Origin: Takakia lepidozioides
Taxonomy: Eukaryota > Plantae > Bryophyta
Direction: 5' to 3'
DNA: 64,000 bases
NCBI GenBank assembly: GCA_030704615.1
Contig: CM060732.1
Location: 16,182,001 to 16,246,000 of the forward strand
A model generated the notes under the pieces. It was given only the letters and a program-made list of their open reading frames with translations. It had not been told where the DNA came from and searched no databases. This document shows positions 1 to 11,899 of the stretch, in pieces (the stretch's first letter is position 1; each line of letters begins with the position of its first letter). The translations under genes were made by a program, and so were the position numbers.

Positions 1-3000
1 TGAAAGATGTGTTGAAGGCGGCTAATGTCACTTCCACTAAGGCAAAGTTTAAGGTGAAGCCTAAGGAACCTAGCACCTTTGAGGGCGTCCGAAATCGGAA
101 GACACTCAACACCTGGCTCTTGGAGCTAGAGCAGTACTTCCGGGCGGCCAAGGTGAGTGACGAGGATCGGGTGGAAGTAGCTCCCACCTATTTGAGGGGC
201 TATGCTCAACAATGGTGGCAGAAACGCCTTCACGACCGAGGTCCAAACCCGGAAACCTTGAACTGGAGTAGGTTCAAGGAACTTATGAAGAGACAGTTTA
301 AGCCCCTCAACGCGTCCTGGCTCGCCCGGGACAAGATGAGGAACTTGAAGCAAACGGATGACATTCGGGGATATGTTCAGGCTTTCAATGTGCTGTTGCT
401 CGAAGTCGCGGACATGGCAGAACCAGAAATGGTCTTCAACTTTGTGGCGGGACTAGCCCCATGGGCGAGGCGGAAGTTGGAGAAGAAGCCACCTAAGACT
501 TTGAACGAGGCAATTGAGAGGGCTGAATGTTTCTCGGATGTCCCTGGGGGCGAAAGACAAGGCCATACGGAGCTGAACCACAAGAAGGCCCGGCGGGAGG
601 GTGATTCTTTCCGACCGGAAAAGAAGTGGGATAGGCCATGTGGCGACAATGGCACGTGGAAATCGAAGGGAGGGCCTTCACACGTCAAGGCGGCACCCGG
701 TGCTCCGAAAGGAAAAGCAGGTGCGGCGGCTTATGGCGGATAGAAGGCGACCTTCGATGGAGTGTGCTTCAATTGCGGGGAGCCCGGACACATGGCCAAG
801 AAGTGCACGAAACCCCGACAATTGAACATGACTCGGGCGGCCACGGAGCTGTCCGAAGATTCAATCAGCCGCTTGGTGGAGGTGGTGGTCGCCGAGACTT
901 GCAAGATAGGCAACTACTCTTGTGAGTTGTATCAGGAAACTGGCGCCTTGCGTAAAGAAAGTCAGTTAATGTTCGTGGATGGGATAATTTCCGAAACTAA
1001 CGTGTCGTTGTTGGTGGACATATGAGCGTCGTACTCCTTCATGACACCGGCAATGGCACGAAAGCTGGGGCTCCCGACAAGTGACGTGGGGGCCTCTATT
1101 GAGGTGCATGCTGCCAAAGGAGAACCACAATTGGCGACGAGGTTGGCGTTCGATGTTCCTCTTCAACTGGGGAGTTGGGAGGGATGTGAGAACTTCACCA
1201 TTTGCGAGATCGATGGAGTGGATCTCATTTTGGAGATGACCTTTTTGACCAAATCCGGAGCGGTCATAGATGGCCGCAAGAGAGTAATCACGCTGCTGTG
1301 TGGGAATGGTGGCGAAGATTTACGAGTGTCGAAAACGCCCAAACCCGTGGGAGGGCGAATAAACCTTCTGTCAGTGGGAGTGGGCCGTAAAGGAGCCACA
1401 CGAGCCCCAGTTTTTGCTTTACGTAAGACAAGTGAAGGGAGAAGGCGATAGGGAGCCGAGCCCAGATTGGATCAAGGGGATCTTGGAGAAATATCAGGCT
1501 GTGATGCCGGAGGATTTATCAAGCGGCTTGCCACCGCGAAGGGGAATTGATCACAAGATTGAGGTGATACCGGGATCGGAGCCGCCTGCCAAGGTGCCCT
1601 ACCGGTTGAGCCACAGAGAGTTGGTCGAGCTGAAGACTCAGCTCAAAGATCTAATGTCAAAGGGGTACATCCGGCCGAGTACGTCACCTTACGGAGCCTC
1701 GGTGCTATTTGCAGACAAGAAGGATGGGACGTTGCGGATGTGTGTCGATTACCGGGCTTTGAATAAGGTGACTATCAAAAACCGGTACCCTTTGCCAAGG
1801 ATCGACGACCTTTTCGATCGGTTGGCAGGAGCGAAGTATTTCAGCCGGATCGATTTGCGCTCCGGCTATCATCAAATTCGAGTGGCGGAAGGAGTTGAGG
1901 AGAAGACCGCGTGCAGGACAAGGTATGGTTCATATGAGTTCTTGGTGATGCTTTTTGGGCTCACCAACGCACCCGCGACCTTTAGCACGCTAATGAACAG
2001 CCTTTTTCAAGAGTGGTTGGATGACTCTGTGTTCATGTACATCGACGACATCTTGGTGTACTCGAAAACAAAGGAAGAGCACCTGGAGCACCTCAAAAGG
2101 GTGTTCTAGAAATTGCGGGAAGGGAAGCTGTATGCCATAGCTTCAAGGTGCGAATTCGGGGTCACAAAAGTGGACTTCCTGGGGCATGTGATTACACAAG
2201 ATGCGATCAAAATGGATGACAGAAAGGTGAGGGCGATCTTGGACTGGGAGCCTCCGACTTCGGTCCCGGGAGTGCGATCCTTCCTGATACTCGCCTCCTA
2301 TTACCGGAAGTATGTGAGAAATTTCGCCAAGATCGCGGGGCCGCTATCAGACCTCATGTGTAAATCCAAAGTCTGGGTATGGAACACCTTCTGTGGCCAA
2401 GCTTTTACCGAGTTGAAGCAGCGGATGGCGGAAGCTTCAGTTCTTAGAATCCCGGAGTTCGACCGTCCATTTGAGATTTATACGAATGCGTCAAACTTCG
2501 CAATTGATGATGTGCTTATGCAAGATGGACGTCCAGTGACTTACGAAAGTAAGAAACTGAATGAAGTGGAGCGAAGGTGGCCTACGCACGAGAAAGAAAT
2601 GAAGGCAGTAGTGCATTGCCTTGAGCTTTGGCGCCACTATGTTGGTTCCAACCCGGTGAAGGTATTCACGGACAATGTCACGGTGAAGTATTTTGCTACG
2701 CAGCCTAAGTTGTCCCCAAAACAACTTAGGTGGCAAGACACTTTGGCAGTGATTGACATGGATATCCAGTACAAACCGGGACGGGACAACGTGGTGGCCG
2801 ATGCTTTAAGTAGAAAGCAGTAGCTCATGTTGGTGTACAAGGGCGAGACGGCTCTCCAAAGAAAGATCCGGAAGGCTTACCAGAAGGATGAGATGGCGAA
2901 GTCCGTGATGCGGGACTTAAGGATGGGGGTTAAATCGTAGTTCCACTTGCAAAATGGACTACTCCGGTATAAGCAAAAACGTCTCTACGTGCCGAAGGGA

Positions 3001-3265
3001 GGGATCAGAGATAGTCTCTTGAGAGAATGCCATGATGGCCCGCTTGCGGGCCATGGCGGAGCCAAGCGCACCGCGGCACTCTTGAAGAAAGAGTATTTCT
3101 GGCCCAAACTGAGGGAAGAGGCCGAGGAGTATGTCAAGACAGCGAGTACAAAAAGCAAGCGGGGCTGTTACAAACCTTGCCGATTCCAGATGGGTCTTGG
3201 GAAAGTGTCTCGGGAAAGTGTCTCGATGGATTTCATGACTGCTATGCCGCTGTCAATGGATATGA
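1..3265 (+). mobile_element. Ty3/Gypsy (chromovirus-like) LTR retrotransposon internal region, degenerate, truncated within integrase
   Basis: Domain order gag (9-743), CCHC knuckle CFNCGEPGHMAKKC (~765-806), protease remnant (~960-1400), RT ([23 protein letters not shown]), RNase H (2113-2823, DALSR), integrase N-terminus (CHDGPLAGHGG...YFWP). Several in-frame stops and frameshifts. Confidence 0.95.
1470..2823 (+). pseudogene. pol: Gypsy reverse transcriptase + RNase H
   Basis: [57 protein letters not shown]; stops at 2107 and 2821. Confidence 0.95.
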
Positions 3266-3479
3266 CAAGAGTGAGGGAGGTTTGTGAGATGGATTCATAC
3301 ATATTGCAATATAAATGGTAGTTGATTCTTTGATTATTTTTCTTTCCAAAGGAACAACAACGGTGGAGGAAGGGGATTCAATGTTTTCCAAAGATGATGA
3401 AACAAAATATTAAAAGAACATAGTTCAGACTGACTCGGAGTCAGTACAATGTATCCCCGCTTCCTCTGCATCTAAGTCT

Positions 3480-6400
3480 AAGTATTTAAGAACTCCGGAT
3501 CTACGCTGGCTACACCTACGGCCGGGCAGTAAAAAGTCAGGGGATAGGGACTCGGCTGCGTGAAGTGCCATTGCTTCGGCATAATCAGGAAGCAGAAAAT
3601 TGGAAAGGGGGCTGTCAAAAACAGACTCGCCACAAATGACTGTATCTCCTGAAGATCCACCGCTGCCTTTCCTGAAAGACAGCCTAAAAAAGTTATTACT
3701 GTAACTTTGATGTTATTGAGAAATTGAGTATGGCTCCCAAAGTGGGTTTAGCACTTACTCACATGAAAAGTCGTTGTCGACCTGCTTATCTTCGGGATCG
3801 TCATCATTTCGAATTGAATCCGATCAGTCTGTGTGCCTGAAGTGGAGCCAGACAAAAGGGGGAGGAGCACTGTGTTGTAGAGGTCAGAATCACCCTCCAT
3901 GCCAAAAAGGCTTCTTCCGCCTGCCTTGCATGCATGGTAAGTTGCTCCTGCACTAGACATGAGAACATGAACAATTTGGTGGGGGGATTTAAGCAGATGG
4001 AACTGGTGAAAGAAAATCAATTCGGAAGGGAGAGAACGAACCTGTGGACACAGAAAGATCGACCACCCGTGCAGAGTGGTGGCTGCGTGACTCCAGCAGT
4101 ATTTGCATGAACGCTGGGGATTTTTCCTTTGCACCTCTCCAGGGAGTGCCATCTGGTCTCTTCAAAGTCTGACTGGACTGCATGAAGTTGTACAAAATGT
4201 CATCGACATGCGGCTCATAGGGGGGTTGACGAAACAACCCTGGTCAGAAATCTCAAAGCTGCGGATGGAGGATGGTGTCTTTGAGGTGCGAATCCTCCGC
4301 AGGCAGATCGCCTCAAACATCCTCGTCTACGAAAGATAGCAGGTTACTGTGGTAAACCTAATCTATAGTGGAAGTATGTACATCGGCTATTCAGAACTCA
4401 GGCATAAAACAATCATTTTTATCACGAATCGGTGATGATCGGTGTCGTTCATGACATATTCTTCTAGAGTGGAGCTGCAGAGAACATTGAAACTCGTCAT
4501 GAAAGCACAAGCAGAAGGGAGACGGCATACCAGCTGACTAGGGAAACCTCCTTTCACAAGGTAGAGGCTGTTCACACAATTCCATGTGCGCAAAACCTCA
4601 AACCTTGAAGACTTCAGGTATGATGCCAATGCCCGACGACTATCTTTGTCACATGACTGAAAAAGCAGAAGTGTCCCTGCATCAGAGAGGAAATTATTAC
4701 AGAACCCGAACACCCAACTCCAGTAGTTGTCCTCGAATTTGTTCCAGCCTGGCGTCTTGCCCTTTGGAAGAACTTCTGGCACAGCCTGGCCATCCGGGAT
4801 GTCGAGAATGACAATGTCAGCCGCATATGTTTTCTGCACACCGCACACGAAGGTGGGACCAGTGCTCACCTGCAACAAACATGTTTATTTTAAACGATGG
4901 CAAGAATGTTTTCAAAGAATCAGACTGAAATACTGCCAATGAAACTTTCAGAGAAAAAAGAAAGAAACTGGAATTCTCACCAGATTGAGGAATGAGATTA
5001 TGTTGTCCCAGGTAGGCGAAGGCACCCCAGTGTATCCTCTCTTTCGACTCTGCATCATCGCCAGCCAACCCTCATTGACAATTTTAATCTCTCCTGCCGA
5101 ATCAGAACGGGAAGGGTGTGGCTTGGCATCCAACACGCACTGAACTGTGCGGGTATATCTTCCAGCAGTGAAGTCCTGCCCACTCTCCTTTTCCATCTCC
5201 TTTTCTTTCTCATTCCCCTTGTCCTTTTCCTTCTCTTTGGACTTGTCTTTGTCCTTTGGCTTTGCTGGTGAGATGGCTATGACATCAAGAGCCTTGTCTT
5301 TTGGTTTGCGGCCCGCCTTCTTTCCTTTCTGCGGCGTTCCCTGAGCATCAGGCTCCTTGGCAGCCAATATTGCTATGTTTCTTTGGTACTGCTCATTAGT
5401 CAGAGGCGCCAGCATCTCAGCATTATTGTTCAAATATTTCATGTGTTGTTCTTGAAAGGTCGTGTGCTCCGGTGGGCAGTCAAGGTACCAGCCACAGTCT
5501 CTGAAGTGAGAAGGACTCCAGTCCTTCAATATCCCTGCAGTATACATGGTTGGATTGTTTGCAGGGTCCGACCACATGTCAAGATAATCTGGAATACCGC
5601 TCAGGTGATTTCCTTCCATAAGCACATATTTCGTGTACCTATTAAACAGGAGATAAATCCCAACCCACCAAAGCGCGAAGTGAGTAAGATGCAAGTAGCA
5701 TAGAATGGAAAAAACATGGAATGAAATGGCTCTGAGAACTGCTCCAATGAGCTCTCAGGACCACGCGACAGCTCTGGATGTGCATGTCGTCAACGCCATT
5801 AAAAAAATTCCATTCAATGATACTGCAAATACACCCTAATCCACGTGAATGCAAACTCTCGTTTTGGAATGACACAGACATAGAAGTGAATGTCGTCAAC
5901 GTCATTCACTTTGGATTTGTGAATACACTGCTAATCAAGCCTAATGATTTCTCAAAAGAGGCAAAATCATTGGATAGAAACTGAATGTCGGCAACGACAT
6001 TCAGAAACTCGAGTAAGGAACCCTCCCTAAAAACGCAATGGACATTCAAAACGTACATAACACTGAGGACCTCATAATAACACTGGATGTGAATGGCGTC
6101 AACGCCATTCACAAAATTCCGAACAAGGAACCAATAAATACACCCTAAGCTTCAAATTGTCGCTGGTGAATGACACAGACATAGAAGTGAATGTCGTCAA
6201 CGACATTCACTTTGGATCTCTAATAACACAGCTAATCAAGCCTCAAGATTTCTCGCAAGAGGCAAAAGCATTGCAGAACAACTGAATGTCTGCATTGACA
6301 TTCAGCAAACTGGAGTGAGAAACCCTCACTGTAAACTCTATGGACATTACAAAAACTTACATAACTCTGAGGACCTCTTAACAACTCTGGATGTGAATGT

Positions 6401-8310
6401 CGTCAACGCCATTCAGGGACATTATCATTTCTAATCAGGGACATTATAAATACACCCTAAGCTCCTAATCCAGGTGAATTCAAATTCTCGCTTAAGAATG
6501 ACTCAGACAAAGAAGTGAATGTCGTCAACGACATTCAATTTGGATATGTGATTACAATCCTTATGAAGCCAAATTATTTCCCAAAAAGTGCAGTAGAGTT
6601 TCCAGTATGATATTGCACCTGTACACAACTCGCATCATGGCCCACTCTCCTCCAACCTGACTGTCAAAATCGTTGGACCGTAAAATATTACCATCTTTGG
6701 AGAACTCCCGGAAAAAACAGTATCTCCAGGTGAGACCTCTCCACTTCCTTATGTATGCCTCCAATGACATTTGGGGAGGGGAAACAATCGAAATGTTCAA
6801 GTCTTTCAAAGTCTGATCCAGCACAATGACGGCGCGCTTTTCGAGCTGCAAATTGTATATTTGTCAGTATTGCAAATAAGATACTCATCACATAATTGAA
6901 GAAAAGAAAACGGCTCATTTGAATACACACCTGATTCCAAAATGTAGCCTTGTGGAGCCAGTTTTCAAACACCAAATCACTGATTCCTTCCACCTTTGTG
7001 CCAGGCTGTATGGTGCTCTTTGGGAACTGATTCAAGTCCTTTACTGTCTGATCTAAGTTCCATATCTCCAGCCACCTTATTTTTGTTTGTGGGTCGACCA
7101 TGGATATGGCCAGCTGGTGCAATTTCTCCTGCTGCATCTCCGGATGCACATGCTTGTCATAGTGAGATTTGATCTGCTGAAGGAACTTAGAACCAAGTCC
7201 AGGATCTACTATTCTAAGCTGCTTTCCGAAGGCGGACATCAATTTGGTTCTTCGCATTTCAAACTCATTTTTTATTGCTGCTTCCACACCCTTTGATGTC
7301 CTTAGTTTCTCTGGTGTAGTGCGGTAATATTCGGATTTTCCCTTCTCAGTTGCCTCTGCCAGTTCTTGCTGCATTGATTCAAATAGTGATTAGCACCGAA
7401 GGAACTACAAACATGTATTCGAAAAGTAAACTGAGTACAGACTCGGGCTTACCGCATACATGTACTCCAGAAACGCCTCTCGAGTCAAAGAATACCAAGT
7501 GCCTACAACTCTTCTTGTTTCGCACTTCTTGATTATATTGGGGGGGAGTACTGTCCGAAAATCATCCAGCTTCATCAGACCAATCCTCTGAATTCGGAAT
7601 AGTGTGTGGACCAAGCTTGTTGTCACATGCGATTTCTCTGTCGATCTGCAAAAACATTGGAAACATTGCATTCTTTAACACTGTTTTTTTGGGATTAACA
7701 AGACACTACAGAGGGAATGAAGTCTCTAGGATGACTTACTTGTTCACGTCGTGCATAGCTGTAAGAAGCCTAGCGAAGTCGTTTCCAGGATCCAAAACCA
7801 TTGCCTCCACAACAACATGCTTGTCTTTGTCTTTCGCATGATGTTTCTGAATGTATCCCATCCATGCCAGCAATCGGTGGTTGCCGTCCCAGACGTAGAA
7901 CATGTGGTTGCAGAATTGATGGGTGTTCTTTCCCATCATGAGGCCCAGCTCGAACTCCTCATTAGCATCTTTCCAGCACTCATCCTAGGTATCACTTATC
8001 TCTGGAGACACTAATGTGCTTTTCCCATTTATATCCATCAGTGACACATAAAAAACTTGTGCACCAAGTCTGTATCCATGCACGAAATCACTCTCCAATT
8101 TTGTTATGTCATGGGAAAGAGGTGGACGCACAACAGGCATAGATATCATCCGGCATAGAGGGATGTCCAGACGCCCTCCAGATACGAGCATGTCCCTTAT
8201 AACCTCCTGAGAGTTTGCCTTCTGGAATGACATGAGTTCTTTCACCTTGTCAAGGTAGTGCCCCTGTTTCGCCGAAAGCCAGCTTGGCCTTCGTGGAAAC
8301 AACCTCTGGA
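3480..8310 (-). pseudogene. Multi-exon ParB/Srx-like domain + beta-class N4C/N6A DNA methyltransferase-like fusion gene (copy C), 5' end cut by a LINE
   Basis: Exons read IPLCRMISMPVVRP...KLESDFVHGY (7985-8302), FYVWDGNHRLLAW (7736-7939), TWYSLTREAFLEYMY, RDCGWYLDCP, DIVILDIPDG...WN...FLSDAGTLLLF (4387-4878), EKSPAFMQILL...RVVDLSVSTG (3989-4237), ATYHACKAGGRSLFGMEGD (~3860-3950). GT-AG introns; stop and frameshift near 7940-7990. Confidence 0.8.
5772..6545. repeat. ~300-bp tandem repeat (~2.6 units) carrying 8 spaced palindromes GAATG(T/G)CGT-CA-ACG(A/C)CATTC at ~100-bp intervals, inside an intron of copy C
   Basis: Palindromes at ~5783, 5884, 5981, 6088, 6185, 6282, 6394, 6513; e.g. AAGTGAATGTCGT CA ACGACATTCACTT (6185-6212) has perfect 13-bp arms. 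Confidence 0.9.
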
Positions 8311-8336
8311 CTCCAGATCAACCTCGAGACGAGTAC

Positions 8337-9385
8337 TTATAACTCTGCAGAATGTCTTGCCAACAGCATTAGGAGCGTGATGCCACGGTAGTTCCCCGGT
8401 TCTTCTCTGTCACCCTTCTTGTATAGATTGACAATGACCCCCTGTCGCCAGCGAAAGGGGATCATTTCAATCTTCCAGATAAGGTTAAAGAGGAGAACTA
8501 GGGCCTCTATCATGGGATCGCCACCGTGCTTGATAAGCTCGTTGACAATACCATCAGGTCCACCAGCTTTATATCCATTTAAATGTTCAATTGCTTCCAC
8601 AATCTCAGAAGAACTAATGGGAGCATTATAAGCCATTGAAATATACTCCAGTTCATCAGGGCTGTTTTGAATCATAGGAACAGTTTTTCCAACTGTGTCC
8701 CTCCATTCCTCCATTCAGCAGAAGACCCCTCACTGTTAGACCTAGAAGTTCTGCCAAGGATTCTGTAGTGAGTTTCAAAGGTTTTGACAATGTTAACCGA
8801 TGAAGTCACCACTGCACCTTTAGTAGTCTTCAGCGCTTGTACTTGCTGACCGTTTTTCGGTTTGTACAAACGTTGAAGGGCCAACCAGAATTTCTTGTCA
8901 TTACCACCATGGTGGTTTGAGTTTATTTCACTGTATAACTTGTCCCAGTATAATTTCTTCTGAGACTTAACAAGCTGATTGATATCTTTACGGAGCTGGT
9001 AGTACTTCGCCCACAATTCTCTGTTGGTTTCCAAATTGCAGCACTCTTTATAGAGGGCTCGTCTCTCAGCTATCTTGAGTTTAATCTCATTAGTCCACCA
9101 ATTAACTGCTCTACCGCAGACAATTAGTTTCCTCCCAATGATCTTGTCAGCCACGGAGGAAACGAAACTCTCCCAAGAGTCCACCGCTCTTTCGACTTCA
9201 TTTCTTCCGTTAACAGAGCGTGACTGAAGTTCTTGGAGCGATTGGACAAAATGAGGGAGAGCCTCTTGCAAGGCCTGGACGTATTCAGCCTTGACCTCCT
9301 CATTGTGGAATTTTTCTATGCGCCACTTCCGAATCGAATGTTTCACAGATCTCTTGGTGGTGGGGAAAACACCTTTTGATCTCAG
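8337..9385 (-). mobile_element. Internal fragment of an APE-RT LINE (same family as 25392-28700)
   Basis: KAGGPDGIVNELIKHGG, NYRGITLL; protein nearly identical to the ORFs at 25835-26760. Confidence 0.9.
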
Positions 9386-9397
9386 TCCAGGAAGTGA

Positions 9398-10331
9398 TGA
9401 GAGACGGAAAAGATATAAACACCCTCCGGATGACCCCGCCCTTTTTGTGCAAATTGAACGTCGTTCTCAGAATTCGTCGCTAGTAGTGCGGAGCAACGCG
9501 AAGCCCTAGTCGCTAGTAGTGTAGGGCAACGGTTAGCCGTAATGATGATACAGCAAATGATGGTGGAGTGGTTTACACACAACTCTGCCCTACAAGCGGT
9601 TCTGGGCTCAAAGCCACATTGGATGTCTCATATCATTGGCCGACCCAACTACCCAAAAGGCTGCGGTGGAGCGATGCGGATCACGCCTGCCCGCAAAAGC
9701 TGCCAATGCACTCCTCGTGCCTCGGCCCCACCGCGTGCCTTGGCAGCCGAAAGTGTGATCGCAGCCGTCCGCTAGTACGCGCTCGGCTTAAAGCCGCCGC
9801 GGATGGAGTTGTCGAGACTCTATTCACTCGCGCGAGCATGCAGCAGCATCAGCCCACATGTGAGTGACGGAGATTCACCACTTTTCCTCGAGGGGCACCC
9901 ATCAACGGTCAACCTTCTCTATTCTTACGGAACTGATTTCACTCTCGTCGTGATGATCACCACCTGTGGGTGATGAAACCAGTTTTTCCCGAGCACGCCT
10001 CATCAGCGATTACTGCAGACTAATAAGAGCTTGGAGGAGCAGGTTGGAACAAGCTGTCCATGGAGCAACGTGTACAGGTGGTGGGCACTACCGGTCGAAG
10101 AAGATTCCAGACGATCTCCGGAGCAAAGAGAATGGATAACGCCGAGCCGCCAGATCATACAGCCCCCTATTTTATGCGAGGCCACACTAGTGAAGGAGAT
10201 GAGCTCACGTGACTATGTTTTCTTCCTTCTCCGCTCTTGATATCTCCCCGCTCCTCTCATATCTGATCTACCCTAGAAACTTGTAAGCTCCGCTCCCGCC
10301 CTGGTCACACGGTGTTTCAGGAGCAACTCTC
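9398..10331. mobile_element. Possible solo LTR
   Basis: Begins TGAGAG and ends CTCTCA (TG..CA inverted ends), no convincing ORF; no target-site duplication found. Confidence 0.25.
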
Positions 10332-11899
10332 ATTCCGTGAAGTTGATTGGAGGGAATGGTTGTCCTTCCTCCACGGAAGAAGCGGATGAAGGGATGTATT
10401 AACCAGCACTGCGTTGGCTATTGGGCATCGATTGGAGGGAGGTGCGAGGGAGGTGCTTGTTCCTCTCCCTCAAAGGCTTCCAACGTCTCTAGTTCTGCCC
10501 ATTTTGGAGGCTAATTCAGATATTAGAGGCCTTTGGGGGAGAGGAAGAAACAGCTGCTTTAAGAATCTATTCTCAAACTGCACATCCTACCAACTATCCG
10601 AAGGCAGAGCTGGAATCTGCTTGTACATTGGGATGAAGGATGACGTTTTCAATAGGAGGCTGGAGATGCGTTAGAGTTATCATGCTGAAGAAGGTATACC
10701 ATGACTGTATTCTGGTCGCTTCAGATTAATTGGTTCTTCTTCAATCTGGACAGTACTAGTGTCTGAAGAGGACCACTTAATTATGTAGTTGGAAAAACCT
10801 TCCAGATGATTCTAGGCAGTCACAAGATTGACCACAAGAACTACAAGTTAGCAAGCAATGCAAACCGGACTAGTCCAGTCATGACCAGTCCATCATCTTG
10901 TAACAGTCTCACGTGAAGAGATGCCCTTCAGCCTAGAATGTATACGCGCCTTCTCAAAACCTTCTAGTATCGAGCATTCGTGCAGCTGGCAGAATTTAAA
11001 CAAGTGTTCAAGTCGCTTGATTTCTAGGTAATCAAATTGGGGCTCCATTATCTAAGGAAAGCTAGCTCTCTCACTCAGCAATATAGATGTAGAGCTGGTT
11101 TCCATGATGTACAGCTACCGGACTTCTGTCCTTTAAACTGAAGTCGATGGATGGAGATCTGTAACAGGTCCTGCTACTCAGCTCACCGTCATGTGCAGGA
11201 TAGACGTCCGAGGGCAGCTTTGTTAACAGCTCTACTAGCGAGCGATGTGACCGGCTTCCTGGCTGTGATGGTGGATATCGCCATCGTGATACTCCACAGC
11301 AGAGATGGTGGTGGTGATGTGAGAAAGTGGCTAGCACGTGCACGGGACACTCGATGACCTCCAACATGACAACTTTGTGATCCCAACTCGACAGTCACAA
11401 TCGAAGTCGTTCTGACCAACTAACGCAGCGTTCGATACTCTTGGTTCAACAGTTCTTTTCGATACCATGTTGCAGGTAACGAAACTGTACATGATATCAT
11501 TCATGAGTTGAGCTGCATGCTCTACAGCGAAGCTACCGGTTTTGACTTTCCCCATACATTGGGACAACTTTCTATTTTACGTGATCCCTGAGATACTGCA
11601 ACAGACATCTGTCGACGAGTGGCAGTGGACGGCTCCCACTAGAGCTGCATTTCTTTTAGCAAAGGATACTACGGACATAACTTCCTGTTTCTTAATCGAA
11701 AAATTCAATCACTTTCGTTTGTATCGATACTGCTAGTATCAATGTGAAGCTTTCGAGTTTCCGTGTCAACTGTCGAATTGCGTGCAGTTATGATAAACTG
11801 CATATACTATACTGGAACTATTGAGGATCTTACTTCGAGAGAGTCTGCTCGTTGAAACATTTGAAGGAATCTTTGAATTGCTGAACCTCGCAAGTGGAT

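Noticed and set aside
3480-8310. Bacterial or prophage contamination explaining the ParB-MTase
   Set aside because: The genes are split by GT-AG introns at conserved positions and are interleaved with plant retroelements and plant genes.
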